A DNA stretch of 64,000 bases from Eledone cirrhosa (GCA_964016885.1 OZ024740.1:108066001-108130000), one strand, 5' to 3'; counted from the stretch's first letter, positions 14,216-29,040 are shown. Translations and numbers: made by a program. Notes: generated by a model from the sequence alone, not told the origin.

Positions 14216-14745
14216 CGGTAGCCACGGAGTAGGCAGACCCAGAAAAACCTGGGATGACTTGATAAATTCCGATCTCACACACTTACACCTCTCCAAGACA
14301 ATGTCACTGGACCGAGATCTTTGGCGGTACTCAGTAATAGAGAAGACCCGCCTTGCCTAAATACAAAGTAAACCTACTATAGTCAGTAGGCATCTCTAAC
14401 AAAATACGCCCCGTCACACCACCCTCACCCCATCCACACCACCCCTTTCAATGTAAAGTTATGTTGGTGCCACAACATCCAGACCGAAACAAATGAGATT
14501 GTGTAGGTGTCACAACAAAAAAACACACAGTCCACGCTGTAATGTGGCTGTGTAGGCAACACGGTAAAAACCTCCCAGCCCCACACTGTAAATGTGGTTG
14601 GTGTTAGGAAGGGCATCCAGCTGTAGAAAACCCGCCAGACAGTCCTATGCGAGCAAGACGACCACTCTTGTCTCAAGTGGGAAAACTCCCGTCCAAACCC
14701 ATGCAAGCGTGGAACACGGACATTAAACGATGATGATGATGATGA
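14216..14745 (+). mobile_element. 5'-truncated RTE LINE (second subfamily; same as 38737-40010)
   Basis: [17 protein letters not shown]...DRDLWR, then 3'UTR ending (GAT)n. Confidence 0.9.
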
Positions 14746-14868
14746 TATATATATATATATATATACACACAGACACATATATACATATATATACACAGAC
14801 ACATATATACATATATATATACACAGACACATATATATATATATATACACAGACACATATATATATAT

Positions 14869-14903
<35 letters not shown>

Positions 14904-15106
14904 CACACACACATATATATACACACACACATATATATATATACATATATACACACACACATATATATACACACACACATATATATATATACATATATAC
15001 ACACATATATATGTGTATATATATATATACACACATATATATGTATAGCCAGAATCAGTTCCCGTCCCACCCTTGCAAGCAGGGAAAAGTGGACGTAAAA
15101 TGATGA

Positions 15107-15160
<54 letters not shown>

Positions 15161-15169
15161 TAAGATCAA

Positions 15170-15597
15170 AAGATGGTTAAAAGAGTTCCATTTGATCTTG
15201 TATATTATTTATACTCCAGTCCTACAAACTGTAGAGTCCTACTTATCCGATATCTGCATTGCTTTATTGTACTACAATAAATCTTAGACAGGAACAAAAA
15301 CAGAGCGGCAGTAACAAATATTGGTTTATTGGTTTTCACATATATATATATATAATTCAATTGATATAAAATAAATAGAAACTATATTTATAAAACCATA
15401 TTTATTCTATTATATATATTTCAAGGGTACCAAAAAATTTTTGTATGCTATCATCAGATAAAATACAAAATGTTTTATAAATATTTGACATGACCAAGGA
15501 TGATATACCTTAACGGCTCAAGTTATCCCTGGAAAGTGCTTTGAATCAGTTGTAAACGTCTATATTTGTTGGATTTCCAACAAATTAAATATCTCTT
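15170..15597 (-). mobile_element. PLE pseudo-LTR remnant with degenerate hammerhead motif (about 15408-15461)
   Basis: Minus strand reads ttat-CTGATGA-...-GAAA-tata-ta-taa..aataaa and is homologous to 37740-37850. Confidence 0.6.
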
Positions 15598-15666
<69 letters not shown>

Positions 15667-15755
15667 TATATACACACACACACACATATATATACACACA
15701 CACATATATATATACACACACACACACACACATATATACACATACACATATATAT

Positions 15756-15786
<31 letters not shown>

Positions 15787-15885
15787 CAGACACATATATA
15801 TATACACATACACACACACACATATATATATATACACACACACATATATATACACACACACACACACATATATACACACACATAT

Positions 15886-15930
<45 letters not shown>

Positions 15931-16015
15931 TATTATATATACACACATACACATACACACACACACACATATATATATATATACACACACACACATATAT
16001 TATATATACACACAC

Positions 16016-16046
<31 letters not shown>

Positions 16047-16703
16047 TATACACACGCAGAGATATATATATATATATACACACATATATATATACACACG
16101 CAGAGATATATATATATATACACACATATATATATACACACACATATATATATATATATATATACATATATATACACACACATATATATACATATATATA
16201 CACACACACACATATATATATATACACACACACACATATATATATATACACACATATATATACATATATATACACATATATATATATACACACATATATA
16301 TACATATATATACACATATATATACATATATATACACACACATATATATATATACACATATACATATATATATATACACACATATATATATATATATACA
16401 CACATATATATATACACACATATATATATACACACACATATATATATATACACATATATATATATACATATATATACACGCATATATATATATATATATA
16501 TACACACACATATATATATATATACATATATATACACACACACATATATATATATATACATATATACACACACACACATATATATATATATACACACATA
16601 TATATATATATATATATACACACACATATATATATATACACACATATATATACACACATATATATATACATATATATACACACATATATATATACATATA
16701 TAT

Positions 16704-16748
<45 letters not shown>

Positions 16749-17033
16749 TATATATACATATATATACACATATATATATACATATATATACACACATATA
16801 TATATACATATATATACACACACATATATATACATATATATACACACACATATATATACATATATATACACACACATATATATATATACATATATATACA
16901 CACACACATATATATATATACATATATATACACACACATATATATATATATACATATATATACACACACATATATATATATATACATATATATACACCCA
17001 CATATATATATATATACATATATATACACACAC

Positions 17034-17066
<33 letters not shown>

Positions 17067-17157
17067 CATATATATACACACACATATATATATAAATATA
17101 TATATATATATACACATATATATATATATACATATATATACACACACATATATATAA

Positions 17158-17188
<31 letters not shown>

Positions 17189-17573
17189 TATATATATATA
17201 TACATATATATACACACACATATATATAAATATATATATACACACACACATATATATATATATACATATATATACGCACACATATATATATATATACACA
17301 CATATATATACATATATACACACACATATATATACACATATATATATATATATACATACACATATATACATACATACCCATATATATACATACATATACA
17401 TATATAAACATACATATATAAACACATATACAAACATACATATACAAACATATATATACATACATATGCACATATATATATATACATATGCATATATATA
17501 TATGCACACATATATATACATACATGTACAAACATATATATATACATACATACACACACATATATATAAATAA

Positions 17574-17627
<54 letters not shown>

Positions 17628-17642
17628 GTGTATATATATATA
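15598..17642. repeat. ~2 kb (TA)n/(CA)n compound microsatellite
   Basis: Direct reading. Confidence 0.97.
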
Positions 17643-18716
17643 AAGAGAGAGGTGTGTGTGTGTGCACTCACTATGGAACATAACACTCTTTAAAGTTTGT
17701 TTCTAGGAATTCCTGTAGTCGATAGAAGTGAAACGTAAGAAACTTGTGTTACAAACTTTATTGATAACAAACGTAGCTAGCAAACCCCATAGCATTGAAT
17801 AGCTAGATGAATGAAGTCACAACACACACACAGTTATATATTCTCATATGTATAATCAGACACACACAAATATAAGCACAGTAATACATGCAAACATAAT
17901 TTGACTTAGACACTCATACATGTGTACATGCACATACAAATAGACGTAGTTATACACACACAAATAAAGATACTTATACACTCACACTTGTGTACACACA
18001 CCCACAGAAATATTGACACAGCTATAAACTCACACGTGTACTACTTACACACACAAATATACATACTTATACACACACGCATGTGTACATATACACAAAT
18101 ATAGTCACGCTTATACACTCACACGTGTGCATACACAAATACATAGTTACACACACACACACACAGTGACATACTTATACACTCATACAAAATAGGAACA
18201 GTTATAGATGCACACATACAAATAGACATAATTGTATACGCACACATACAAATAGACACATAGTTATATACGCACTCATACAATATATGTATATATATAT
18301 TTATGCACTCACATATATTCGCATACACACTTAGATAATCACACATAGACAGTAAATTAAGTGTAAACTTGTAAAGTTTGTTATAATACTTCGACCGAAC
18401 ATCGGTACCGATATAAAAAAAAACGACAGAACTTAGAATAAAAGTTAATAACGACAACTAGTTAACCTTTTTTTTCAATTCCAACAAAGTCTGGGTTAAA
18501 AATAGTCGATGATTCTTACTTTTCTAGTTGAAAACTATTTGAAGATTATTTCTAAAGCGATGCCAATCTTATAACAGTAGCAGTTCTATAGCATTTCTAA
18601 CACATTTTCGTTTTTAATAAGCAAGAATGAATGTGTGTATGTATGTATATATATATATATATATATATCCAGACACCAAAGTAAAACCATTCGGTCGGTA
18701 CCAAACAGCTACCTAC

Positions 18717-18921
18717 CTTGTAACATTCGTTCCAATTTTCTTCGGTCGACACGGAACCTATCCTCAAACAAACCTCCAAGATCTTTGTCCGGCCGGTCAT
18801 CATTGGTACCCTGAGAAGAAGTGTCGCCAATATCAGATTTTGAATCCGAATTGAGGTAAGAGCAATCGAATGAATTGGTATCCAGTCCGGGTATCAGAGA
18901 CTGTAGGATAGTCTCCGCCAT
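18717..18921 (-). CDS. BICC1: First coding exon of Bicaudal-C homolog (KH/SAM RNA-binding protein); gene continues leftward
   Basis: ATG-initiated peptide ends ...FEDRFRVDRRKLERMLQ, matching the conserved BicC N-terminal motif (E-RFRVDRKKLE-MLQ). It is followed by a phase-1 donor CAAG|GTAGGT at 18716. No second exon was recognised in 1-18716. Confidence 0.88.
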
Positions 18922-19400
18922 ACCAGCATTATTCTGTTTTGTGTGTGTAATGTATGTGTGGTTGGGGTTGCAGTGAAAGAAGCACTAGTTGCGAACTAAA
19001 GCAGCAGTCGTGGAAACTAAGTTTAGTGGCACTTACAGCTAAGCTTTCTTTCTTTCTTTTATTTTTATTTATGTATATGTGAGTAGTTTATTTGTTTTGT
19101 TTTTTCTTTATTCTCAACAAATGAACGATTGTTGGAGGAGGCTGTTAAGAACTCCTGAGAGAAAGTAGCAGCGCCAAAGTGAGGAAAGAAAGGGAGGTGG
19201 ACGAACCATACATACACAGAGAAGTGTAGAGGCAGGCAGGCTGGCTGTTAGAAATCAAGAGATCCGTAGTAAAAATGACGAGAGGGGCCAATAAAAGCTG
19301 ATATAAAGTAAACTACCATCATCAGGAACGACATGCGGTTTTGTGGGATCTTTTATGCTCTATATACCCCACTTTGTTTTTTTTTGTTGTTTATTATCGA
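18922..19400 (-). promoter_or_regulatory. Probable 5'UTR/proximal promoter of the BicC gene
   Basis: Repeat-free, relatively CpG-containing stretch directly upstream of the ATG; TATA-like GGGTATATAGAG on minus near 19358-19369. TSS not determinable. Confidence 0.35.
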
Positions 19401-20259
19401 GAAAAAATATAAAGCTTCGAGAAGATGGATTTTTTTTCTTTTATAACTTATTTTCTAACTTGGGAAAAACTATTTACCAGCGGCACTTTCTTTTAATACT
19501 TATATAAATATATTCATTTCTATATGTTCGTTATAAAATGTATTAATAAATAAAATCACACCACCAGATTTTAAAATAACAGAAGGAAAATAGCTAATTG
19601 CAACAACAAAAACTATTTAACATTTAAAGTAAGTCCATCGACATTCAATATTTCATAATGAACTTGGTAATAACTTCCCAACATAAAAGGGCACAGCGTG
19701 AATTCCACTGTAGTTATTGATTTCTTACTTTGGGATCAAGTTTTGTGATTTATTACGAGAGTCGAAATAAAAAAAAAAACTGCATGACTTTTCTCTCTTC
19801 TCAACACACCTCCACAATACAAGCGTATATATCTTTACCTGTGTAGTGTAGAATAAATGTATATCTTTACACTTACGTTTGTTTTCCTTTCGGCCTAAAG
19901 TTTGATAAAAGTGCTCTCGTATCCCCCACCCACCTCTAACACCGGGATATCCAAAAACCACTGAAGGATATTAGCTGTATATAATATATATTTTTTAATT
20001 CGTATAAATTAAATAAAATAGCTGTGAATTTCGAAATAGTGTTTCGAGGTTGTTGGTTTTTTTTCTCTTCGTCTACAGCCTACCGCACCCCTATCTTGTT
20101 TTCAGCTGATAATATAATTAATTTACAGCTAAGAACGGAAGTAAACAGGTTAACGACTGGAACGTTGTAAAACCAAGAAAGGCCACGAGTTTAACAGTTT
20201 TTGTTTTAATATTAAGTGACACCACAACATGCTGGACACAGCTGTTGAGCATTACAACA

Positions 20260-20880
20260 TCGTTAGTATTGGCAGAGTCGTTAGGAGAACTGACAAGTGC
20301 GGAGAAGCATTTGATTGCGATTTTCTGCGTTCAAATACTGCCGATGTCAATTTTGCCGTTCGTCTTTTTTCTGTCGATAAGATAAACTACTCATTTAAGC
20401 ACTGGGGTCGATTCACTTGACTTTCTCATTCCCTAAAATTACTGGCCTAGTGCTTAAATTAAAAACAATTATTGATGTATAACATAATCATAAATTCTAC
20501 ATTTTTTGCGGGGGTGGGGTAGTCGATCAAATCAACTCCAGTACTTCCCTGGTACTTTTCTATCGAGCTACAGAAGGAGGAAAGGTCAAAGAACTTAAAG
20601 GACTAAACTAAACACCGCAAAGCAGCATTTTGTCCGACACTCCAACAATACTGGCAATCCACCTAAAATATCCTTTCTAGCATTGGCACAAGGCCAGCAA
20701 TTTGGGGAGTAGGGGAATCAGCTATATCGGCCTCAGTACTTAACTGGTATTTTATTTTATCGATCCCAGAAGGATGAATGGTAAAGTTGACCTTGGTGGC
20801 ACTTGAACTCAATGTAGAAACATAGCTAAATACCACAAAGCATTTTGCCCTATGATCTACCGATACTGCCAATCCACCTA
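20260..20880. mobile_element. Three degenerate SINE copies of the gcctttcatcc family
   Basis: Shared core and ggcacaaggccagcaatt tail. Confidence 0.65.
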
Positions 20881-21164
20881 AAATATGGTGGACTTGACAA
20901 AAAGGACTGAGGACAAGAATTTTCCTCTCTGACCAAGCCCTCATCAACTTCAAATTTCCCTTGAGGGAGAAGATGAGGGTAAAAGGGAGGAGCTGCCTTC
21001 TGGTGTGTTTTATGAAAGATAGGTGAGAGAGGCGAGATTGAAGCGGCTGAATTGGTTTACTTTGACTATGCTTTTCTAAGCAGGAGGAAGGAAACTGAGA
21101 GAGAGCACTTTCAATGACCGTGAGGCAACAGAGTTACTCAAGGTTTTGTGTTAGGTTTCTCTAT

Positions 21165-21660
21165 GTACACGTATACACACACACATATTTACATATACAT
21201 ATGTACGTGTGAGTTATATCGAACATTAATAATAATGTTCGATTCGTTTGTAAACAAACGGTCCGATTTGAAGCCGATCGCCGCCTGTTTGTTCAACACT
21301 GAATTTGGGAACCAATCAACCTATTTCTGGATCATTGCCCTTTATCAAGACTGTATACCTCTGCCAGTCTGTTGAACAGTTGAAAATATATATAGTATGT
21401 TCTTAAGTACACATCGGCTGAGTAGCCTCATTTGCATACTGAGCGAGTTACGGCTGGCCTTGCCGAATATTAAAAATAAAATTAGAATTTTATTTCTCAC
21501 CCTAGCACAGTTGATACATAAATGTAAGTATGCAAGCGGACACACACATATATATATACACATACATATGTACGTGTGGCCGTTTGTTTACAAACGAATC
21601 GAACATTATTATTAATATTCGATATAACCCACATGTACATATGTATATATATATGTTTGC
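21165..21660. mobile_element. Non-coding element: ~366-bp unit with short terminal direct repeat plus inverted partial copy
   Basis: acatatgtacgtgtg at about 21197 and 21563; about 21580-21645 is the reverse complement of about 21195-21261; about 21998-22062 is the reverse complement of about 21471-21534. Confidence 0.65.
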
Positions 21661-21675
21661 ATATATATACGTTTG

Positions 21676-21707
<32 letters not shown>

Positions 21708-21980
21708 AAGGCACATGGCTTAGTGGTTAGAGCATTGGGCTTGCAATCAAACGGTTGTGAGTTTGATTCTCGGACTGGGTGATGCGTTGTTTCTTTGAAC
21801 AAGACACTTTACTTCACGTTGCTCCAGTTTACTCGACCATAGCCTTTCCCTTGGACATCATCGGTGGCGTGGAGAAGGGAGGCTGGTATGCATGGGCGAC
21901 TGCTGGTCTTCCTCAAACAACCTTGTCCGGAATTGTGCCTCGGAGGGAAACTTTCTAGGTGCAAATCCCATGGTCATTCG
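21708..21980 (+). mobile_element. tRNA-derived SINE
   Basis: Head tggcttagtggttagagc...gagtttgattc (A/B boxes), CORE-like caagacactttacttcacgttgctccag. Confidence 0.85.
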
Positions 21981-22214
21981 TAATAATGTGTGTACGTGTG
22001 CATACTTACATTTATGTATCGGCTGTGCTAGGGCGAGAAATAAAATTCTAATTTTATTTTTATATTTATTACAAATTCCATTATTGTTTTCTCTTCAGTG
22101 ATGTCCCTTTTTCTTCACTCAATGTAAACCTCACCCCGTTGTTTTCCTTTGTCCTTGTATCGTCCCCAATGTCTTGGGCTCTTGTGACCAATAAAAGAAA
22201 CTATTATTATTATT

Positions 22215-22760
22215 ACTGGCCCTTTACATTTTGAATTCAAATCCCACAGAGATCAACTTTGCCTTTCATCCTTCTATAGTTGATAAAATAAAGTACCAGC
22301 CATGCACTAGTGTTGATTTAATTGACTTTCCCCTTCCCTCCAAATTGCTGGCCAAAAGTAGAAACAATTATTAGTGGCCCTTTAAATTTTGATTTCAAAT
22401 TCTGCCAAGGTTAGCTTTGCTTTGCATCCTTACAGGGTCAATAAAATAAAGTGCCAGTAATGCACTGGGGTTGATTTAGTCAACTTTCCTCCATCCTTCA
22501 AATTTCTGGTCTTCTGCCAAATGTAGAAATAATTATTATAGGGATGATGAATCTGCAGAATAGGCAGAGCATCAGGCAAAATGCTTTGCAGTATTCATTT
22601 CAGATCTTTACAGTCTGAGTTCAAATCCTACTGAGGTCAAATTTACCTTTCATCTTTTCGGGGTTGATAAAATAAGGTACTAGTCAAGAACTGGGGTCAA
22701 TATAATTGACTTCACTCTTTCCCAAAATTGCTGGCCTTATGCCTAAATTAGAAATCGTTA
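22215..22760 (+). mobile_element. Three tandem SINE copies (gcctttcatcc family)
   Basis: Repeated core and gtagaaacaattatt tail. Confidence 0.8.
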
Positions 22761-23089
22761 TTTTTGTCAAGAACATGACAATCTCCCCAAGTGCCTGTGC
22801 CATGATAAAATACACCCAGTGCACTCTGTAAAGATCTAGAATGTATATAAGCATTGCAGGTCCCCAGCCTGTCTAAGAAGTCTGTAGCTCCGATTAAGTA
22901 CTAACTTGGTCAAGGACAACATGTCCAAGCCGTGCCAATGATGATGTGGATGGCGTTGAAACACTTATTACTGTTGTTATACATGGAAGTATGAGACTAA
23001 ATACAAATAGAAATAACAAAGGTTTTTCACCACCACCACCACTAAACACATACAAGCACACACACACACTTAACTGAACTTAAAATGAG

Positions 23090-23245
23090 GATATTACAGG
23101 CATGTGATTAGAATGTGTCCGAAAAGAATTGCTAGACAGATTTTATGGACAAAACCAACTGGCAGGAGATCCAGGGGTAGAATAAGTGGATAAAGAAGAA
23201 GAGGTGTGCAAGCTTGTTAGAATAGAAATGTCCACAACCCTAGAC
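23090..23245 (+). mobile_element. Old RTE-like LINE fragment
   Basis: Translates YYRHVIRMCPKRIARQILWTKPTGRRSRGR. Confidence 0.5.
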
Positions 23246-24057
23246 TAAAATATAATGATATGTTACATTGATTCAAAGTTACATATTTTCATGAATTAAA
23301 TTCAATCTTATGGTTATTTTATTTACCTCCTTAGAATTTGATCATGGAATATAAAATTACAATGTTGCATTGCAATCCCTTTAGCCTTTACATTTGTGCT
23401 GTTTCAATTCTTTTGATATTAAACCACCTGAAACTGCCTTTGGTTCTGCAATACAAAACTGTTTATTTTAAAGTGTTTATAATTTATCTTAAAAACTGTC
23501 ACCATAATTTTATGTAAGAACCTTTGTTATATTCCAAACACCAGCTTCAAAATAGGAAAGTTACTTACTAATCCTTCAAAATTCATGATTATTTTCAAAA
23601 TGATTTGAAAACCTTAGGTAGTGTCTTTTATTAGGTATATGGCAATGAAAGGGTTAAACACAAACTTATCCAAAACCACCTCTATTAAAGGGTTTACATA
23701 AGAAACTTTATCAATATCTATAACATGAATGATAATGTGAGATTTCAGTTCGTCGAAACCAATTCAAGACCTTCTCATTCCTGTTGGAAGAACTCCTCCT
23801 TGGTTGACTTCCACCACTTTCTGTTTGGTTTTGGTCATATCAGGGGTGTAGCCACATTCACCAATTGGCCAATTGCGGGTTGGTGAGGCTATTTAACCCA
23901 TAGGATGGCTGTTGACTCTGAGGAGTTCATCTGCCCTTTTTACAGCTCTGGTGGGGGATCCAATTTAGTCACTGACCATTCGACCATGAAGCAGGCTGTA
24001 CTGGGTTACATGATACCAGTAGCAAGCAGAATCCTGATTTGACATATATATATATAT

Positions 24058-24123
<66 letters not shown>

Positions 24124-24569
24124 ATTCAGGTATGACTGTTAGTCCACTACACTGTCAAGTATGACTGTTAGCCCATTACACGGTTGCTTCTGATAGGACC
24201 TGGTGAAGGGAGTGTTTGAGGACTCTTCCCCCATGGCCCTCTCAGGGCGAAGAAGAAGCACTCAGCATCGTCACATAGCTGTTTGATGTAGGTTCTGTGA
24301 AGTGTGTCCATGTTGGGATTGATGTCCATGCCTTGGTATGAGTCGGGTTAATCTTTCTTTTCAGTCAGCAAACTACTGCACCTCATCTACAGGTGTGGTA
24401 TCTGCAGATAACTGTTAGTCCACTGCAGCTGTTGACTGTTAGCCCAGAGCATAGCCAATGAAAGATTAACACAAACTATAACTAAATATCACCAATTGTT
24501 CTATCCACCACCAATGATTCTACCTTCTACTTCTTTCTTAGTAGTAGTAAAAACAGTAACAACAATAAT

Positions 24570-25050
24570 AATAATTGTTTCTACATTTGGCACAAGGCCA
24601 GCAATTTGAAGGGATGGGGAAAAGTCAATCAAATTGACTCCAGTGCATTACTGGTTCTTTGTTTTACTAACCCTGTAAGGATGAAAAGCAAAGCTAACCT
24701 CAGGCAAATTTGAAATCAGAACGTAAAGGGACATAACTATATGCCACAAATTGTTGTATGGCACTCTACCAAACAACAATAATAATAATTATGTCTAATT
24801 TAGGCCCAAGGTCAGCAGTTTTAAGTGGAGGAAATCGATTAAACCGACTCCAATACATGACTGATACTTCATTTTATCAACCCTGGAAGGAGGAAAGGCA
24901 AAGCTAACCTCAGCAGGATTTGAACTCAGAATTTAAAAAAATCATACTAAATTATTTTGTCTGACACTCTACTGATTCTGCCAATCCACAGCCCTAACTA
25001 CAATAATAATAGTGATTTCTAACTTTGGCTCAAGGTCAACAGGTCTTTGA
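24570..25050 (-). mobile_element. Two to three SINE copies (gcctttcatcc family)
   Basis: Reverse-complement core repeated. Confidence 0.75.
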
Positions 25051-25656
25051 TGGAGAGGTTGGGGGATACAGTTGATTCTCGAAATCTCTCTTTATCCCCT
25101 ATCTCTATTTCTCTCCCATCTCCCCCCCCCCCCCTCTCATTCTTCCTCCTCTCTCTCTCTTTCTCTCTCTTTTTCTTCTCCTCCCCTCTCGCTCTTTCTC
25201 TCTCAAATGTTAACATAATATAAGTGTAAACACACTTGTCAACACTTTTCAGTGTTCAAATACTGTATAAAGTTTAAGGTGAAGGAAAATTATTTAAGGA
25301 AATAAAATTATTAAAAAATAAATAAATATAAAAAAAAAATATGCAAATTCCATTAGGCAGTTTAGGCAGTAACATTTCATTTGCAGGAATGCCTATCAAA
25401 AACAACATTGAGTTCAAAAGTTCAGACTGTGATCATCTTAGAAGTAACTAAAGTCTTAATCATCAGCTACCAGCCTAAGGCAAAGTTTCTTTATTTTTTT
25501 ACATTTTTTTTTAATATATAAACAGGTGTTTATATAGGTGCAGGCATGGCTGTATGTTTAAGGAGCAGTACAAGATTTACATAGCAGATACAGGGATTCA
25601 TGGATTGCAGCCCAGGAGGTTCAATCTTGTTTTAAATATATATTAAGATATTTTGA

Positions 25657-25681
25657 TTTAACCCTTTAGAATTTACATCAT

Positions 25682-25735
<54 letters not shown>

Positions 25736-25917
25736 TTGTATTTTCGCGGTAAAGGTTTTACCTCACATAATATTGAATCTATGAGATTTATATTATGTTA
25801 TTTATTTTGAGAACAATACATTAACATCAGTATGAGTAGCAAGTTACAGCCAGTTTGAACAAAAAGAGGTGAGAGAATTCTGGCCAGATACAGCTGGTTT
25901 AAATGCTAAAGAGTTAA
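25657..25917. mobile_element. TTAA-flanked MITE (piggyBac-like termini)
   Basis: ttaa-CCCTTTAGaATTTA ... TAAATgCTAAAGaG-ttaa; similar termini at about 23377-23657. Confidence 0.5.
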
Positions 25918-27239
25918 GGAGTGCTGAAAGAATTTGAAATTTGAAAATGTGAGCATCCCAAATGAAGTAAATGTCTTTAACAACAAAGAAGTTTAAGAGC
26001 TCTGCTTTATATCAAAATGTTTCCTTACAATATTTAAGTTTTTGTATTTTTCAAGTATTTCACTGTGGGCTATTGATAAAACTATAAATATTCTAGAAAA
26101 ATCATATCAACCATAACAGATTGTCTTTTAATGTCCAGCAAAGTGTATCAGATTGAAATAGTTACACAAAACATCAGTGATTCATTAAGAAGAAATTCAG
26201 ATGAGATGTTTAGTTTTCCGATTAATACTAGAGAATAATAAGAAAGAAAGGTTCCTAACAAGGACTGAACATAATAGAATCAAATTACTATTGTCACTGC
26301 CTCTGTCTCTCTTGTTCTCCTCATCTCTCACTATTATAAGCAAATGGGGGGGGGCCATGCACTGGCTGCCCAGCAGCCCCTGCAGACAAGTCTATCACTG
26401 TAAATAATAGTTGAGAAAATTGTGTGAATATCTGCTTTTTTTCCATGTATTTTACCCGATTTTCTTAACTAATATTTAAAGTGATAGACTCTGGTGATTG
26501 TCATTTTCTGTATTTGGGATACTCACATTTTCAAATATTCAAATATATATTGGAATATAGCTATGAAACACAACATTAATATATTATAATTGTTTCAGAA
26601 GTTGGCATGAACTGATGCCGGAATCTCAGCATCGTTCTGTGTTGTAGACCTATATTGATGAACTCTTCATTTTGATTGAGTTTCTTGTGAGTAGATGCTG
26701 AAGGCCCAGTGGCATATTGCAGGGGGTGTGGAGGTGCAGCTGCCCCCCACCCCCACCCCCCAAAAAATTTGGCGAAAAATTTAGTCATTTTTGTCAGAAA
26801 ATTATGAATGTCTGCACTCCCCAAAATTATAAGAGCAATACACTTAAGTGGTGACCACAAATATTCCAAAGCTCAGGTCCCCTAGTTGCTTTAATCTGAC
26901 CCTGTTAAAGACTTCTTTTTGCAACCACATAGTTTGGAGCTCACTCCCACTGTGTAACACCTTGAGCAAGTTTCTTATACCATAAGACATGCTTACAAAA
27001 TCAGAAAACAGTTTCTATGACTTTTGGAAACGTTTTTTTGTGTTCAGAGTTGCTATTCTGTTGATAATAAACTGTCAAATGAGCTGTAACATAGGTGAAA
27101 TATAGAATTTAGTAGCTATTTCTAGCAGGTTGGAAGACCTCGTAATTTTGTGAGTCATAACCAAATCAGGCAGATTTTAAATATATATTTGTCTTGTTAT
27201 CTAGAGAAATGAACTCTACATTCTATACCTGTCTCTCTA

Positions 27240-27830
27240 AGGTAAAAAAAAAAAGGTCAGGTGGATGTGGCCTGACAGCCCAAGCAGACAGGATTGCAAA
27301 GGTGTAACCCAGGAGGATAGAGGAGATACTTTGAAAGAGCTAGTCTGACTTGTGGGTCTCATTCTTGTGGGTGTCCAATACCACCCCAATTGCAGTAAGT
27401 AGGGAGGTGGTTTGAAGAGCCCAGACGCCAGAAGTTTCCACCATTTTACGTTCAATGATAAATCTGTCAGACAATAACCAGTACTTTAACAACTTGTAAA
27501 CTTCTGTTGACTTCATCAGGTTTCTGCTAGAAAATGTATCGATGTGTAGATTGTAATGTCATCTGGCCTTTTGCTATTCCCTTAGTCTAACCCAACTGGT
27601 TCAAGTTGCAATGGAAAGCCACCTGCACTTAAGCCATGTTTAATAATCTCATTGAGAGGAACATGTAGTGAGAGGTGACTGGCACTAAGTTGGCAGCAGA
27701 GAGATCAAAAGTTTCTGTCTACTACTGACTTGAAATGATATTCTTGCTTACAGGTCTGGAGACTGAACTTGAAGGAAACTCTGATACAGAGATAGTTGTT
27801 GATCATCTGGGTACTAGTGGATTTAAATAT
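27240..27830 (-). mobile_element. Highly decayed CRE-like LINE (RLE domain)
   Basis: Minus translation gives LNEIIKHGLSAGGFPLQLEPVGLD*GNSKRPDDITI and VETSGVW, resembling the EP..L...GKRPDG / ET.G.W motifs. Confidence 0.55.
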
Positions 27831-28503
27831 ATATAGAGAGAGATTAGGATTATACCAGTTTAAACTGGTAAGACCATAATTCAGCAGAATGCTTGATACT
27901 CAAAATAGTAGAGAGTCAGGGCCCAACAGCAGAGGTCTTGCAGTTTCGACAGTAAATTCCATTTATCTATTTCTCTTTTATTCTCTCTATATGTATGTGC
28001 ACGCGCGCACGCACACACCACACCACACACACACACAAAGTTTCCTGTTCTTGTTAGTCTATTATGTTGTGATTTCTGAAAGAGAGGTGGCAGTTATAAA
28101 GCAATTCACAAAATAATTATTTCTGAACATCCTATAATGTTTGAGCAGAAAATGTTTAAAACACAGATTTGTTAATTCAAATGTTTATAGTGGACAGATT
28201 GTGGTGAAAATTTGCAGTAAACTAAAGTAAAAATTTTAATTTTAATGTGATGCAATGATATCTTTGTTTCGTATTTTTCGAGAATGTCTTGATAATGGGG
28301 TTTCATGTGGTACAGGAGGTTAAGAGTTAAAGAATTGTACTTTTATGCTGGAGGACATTAATATGTTATTACTTGAACTCTTTGACATTTCAAACCCACT
28401 TTGATGACATCCACAAGTGTCAGACAACAACGTTTTGGGGTACCATTCTCTTTTTCCTGATTTAGCGTGTCATTAACAACCCGTCTGATAGTTGTCATTG
28501 CAT

Positions 28504-28539
<36 letters not shown>

Positions 28540-28835
28540 GCTGTAGGAATGGATTAGTCAGAGGATGAAAGGCAGCACCTTTGATTCTTCATTGACTTTG
28601 GAAAGTATCTTCAGCATGAGACATAACCTGAATGTTTACAACAGTGTACTTCACTAAAGACCCCTAAGGACCTGAGGCTGGTGTTAATCCTCGTGTACTT
28701 CACTAAAGACCCCTAAGGACCAGGGGTTGGAGTTAAACTAGGTGATAGATTACCTCTATAACCTTAGTGTACTCTGTTAAAGTCATCTAAGAACCAGGTG
28801 TTGGTATTAAAGCAGGTGATTAATTAAGTCTACCA

Positions 28836-29040
28836 CAAGCATGTCAAACTGAGGGTCCCCCAAGGGCCACATGGGTCACATATGTGTTGTCTGAGGGCCA
28901 CACATGAAAACTAATTGCGCTCATTACAACTAATTTTTATTTATTTTATATTACGAAGATAAAACATGCTTGCGCTGTAAAAACGTTTGTGCGTGTAAAG
29001 GGCCGCATGTGGCCTGCGGGCTGCATGTTTCTCATGCCTG
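28836..29040. mobile_element. hAT (Charlie-like) MITE with perfect 8-bp TSD
   Basis: Termini CAAGCATG / CATGCCTG; TSD GTCTACCA at 28828-28835 and 29041-29048. Confidence 0.85.

Noticed and set aside
21708-21780. tRNA genes (also 5572-5640 and 32646-32735)
   Set aside because: tRNA-like heads continue into SINE bodies and lack a full cloverleaf.
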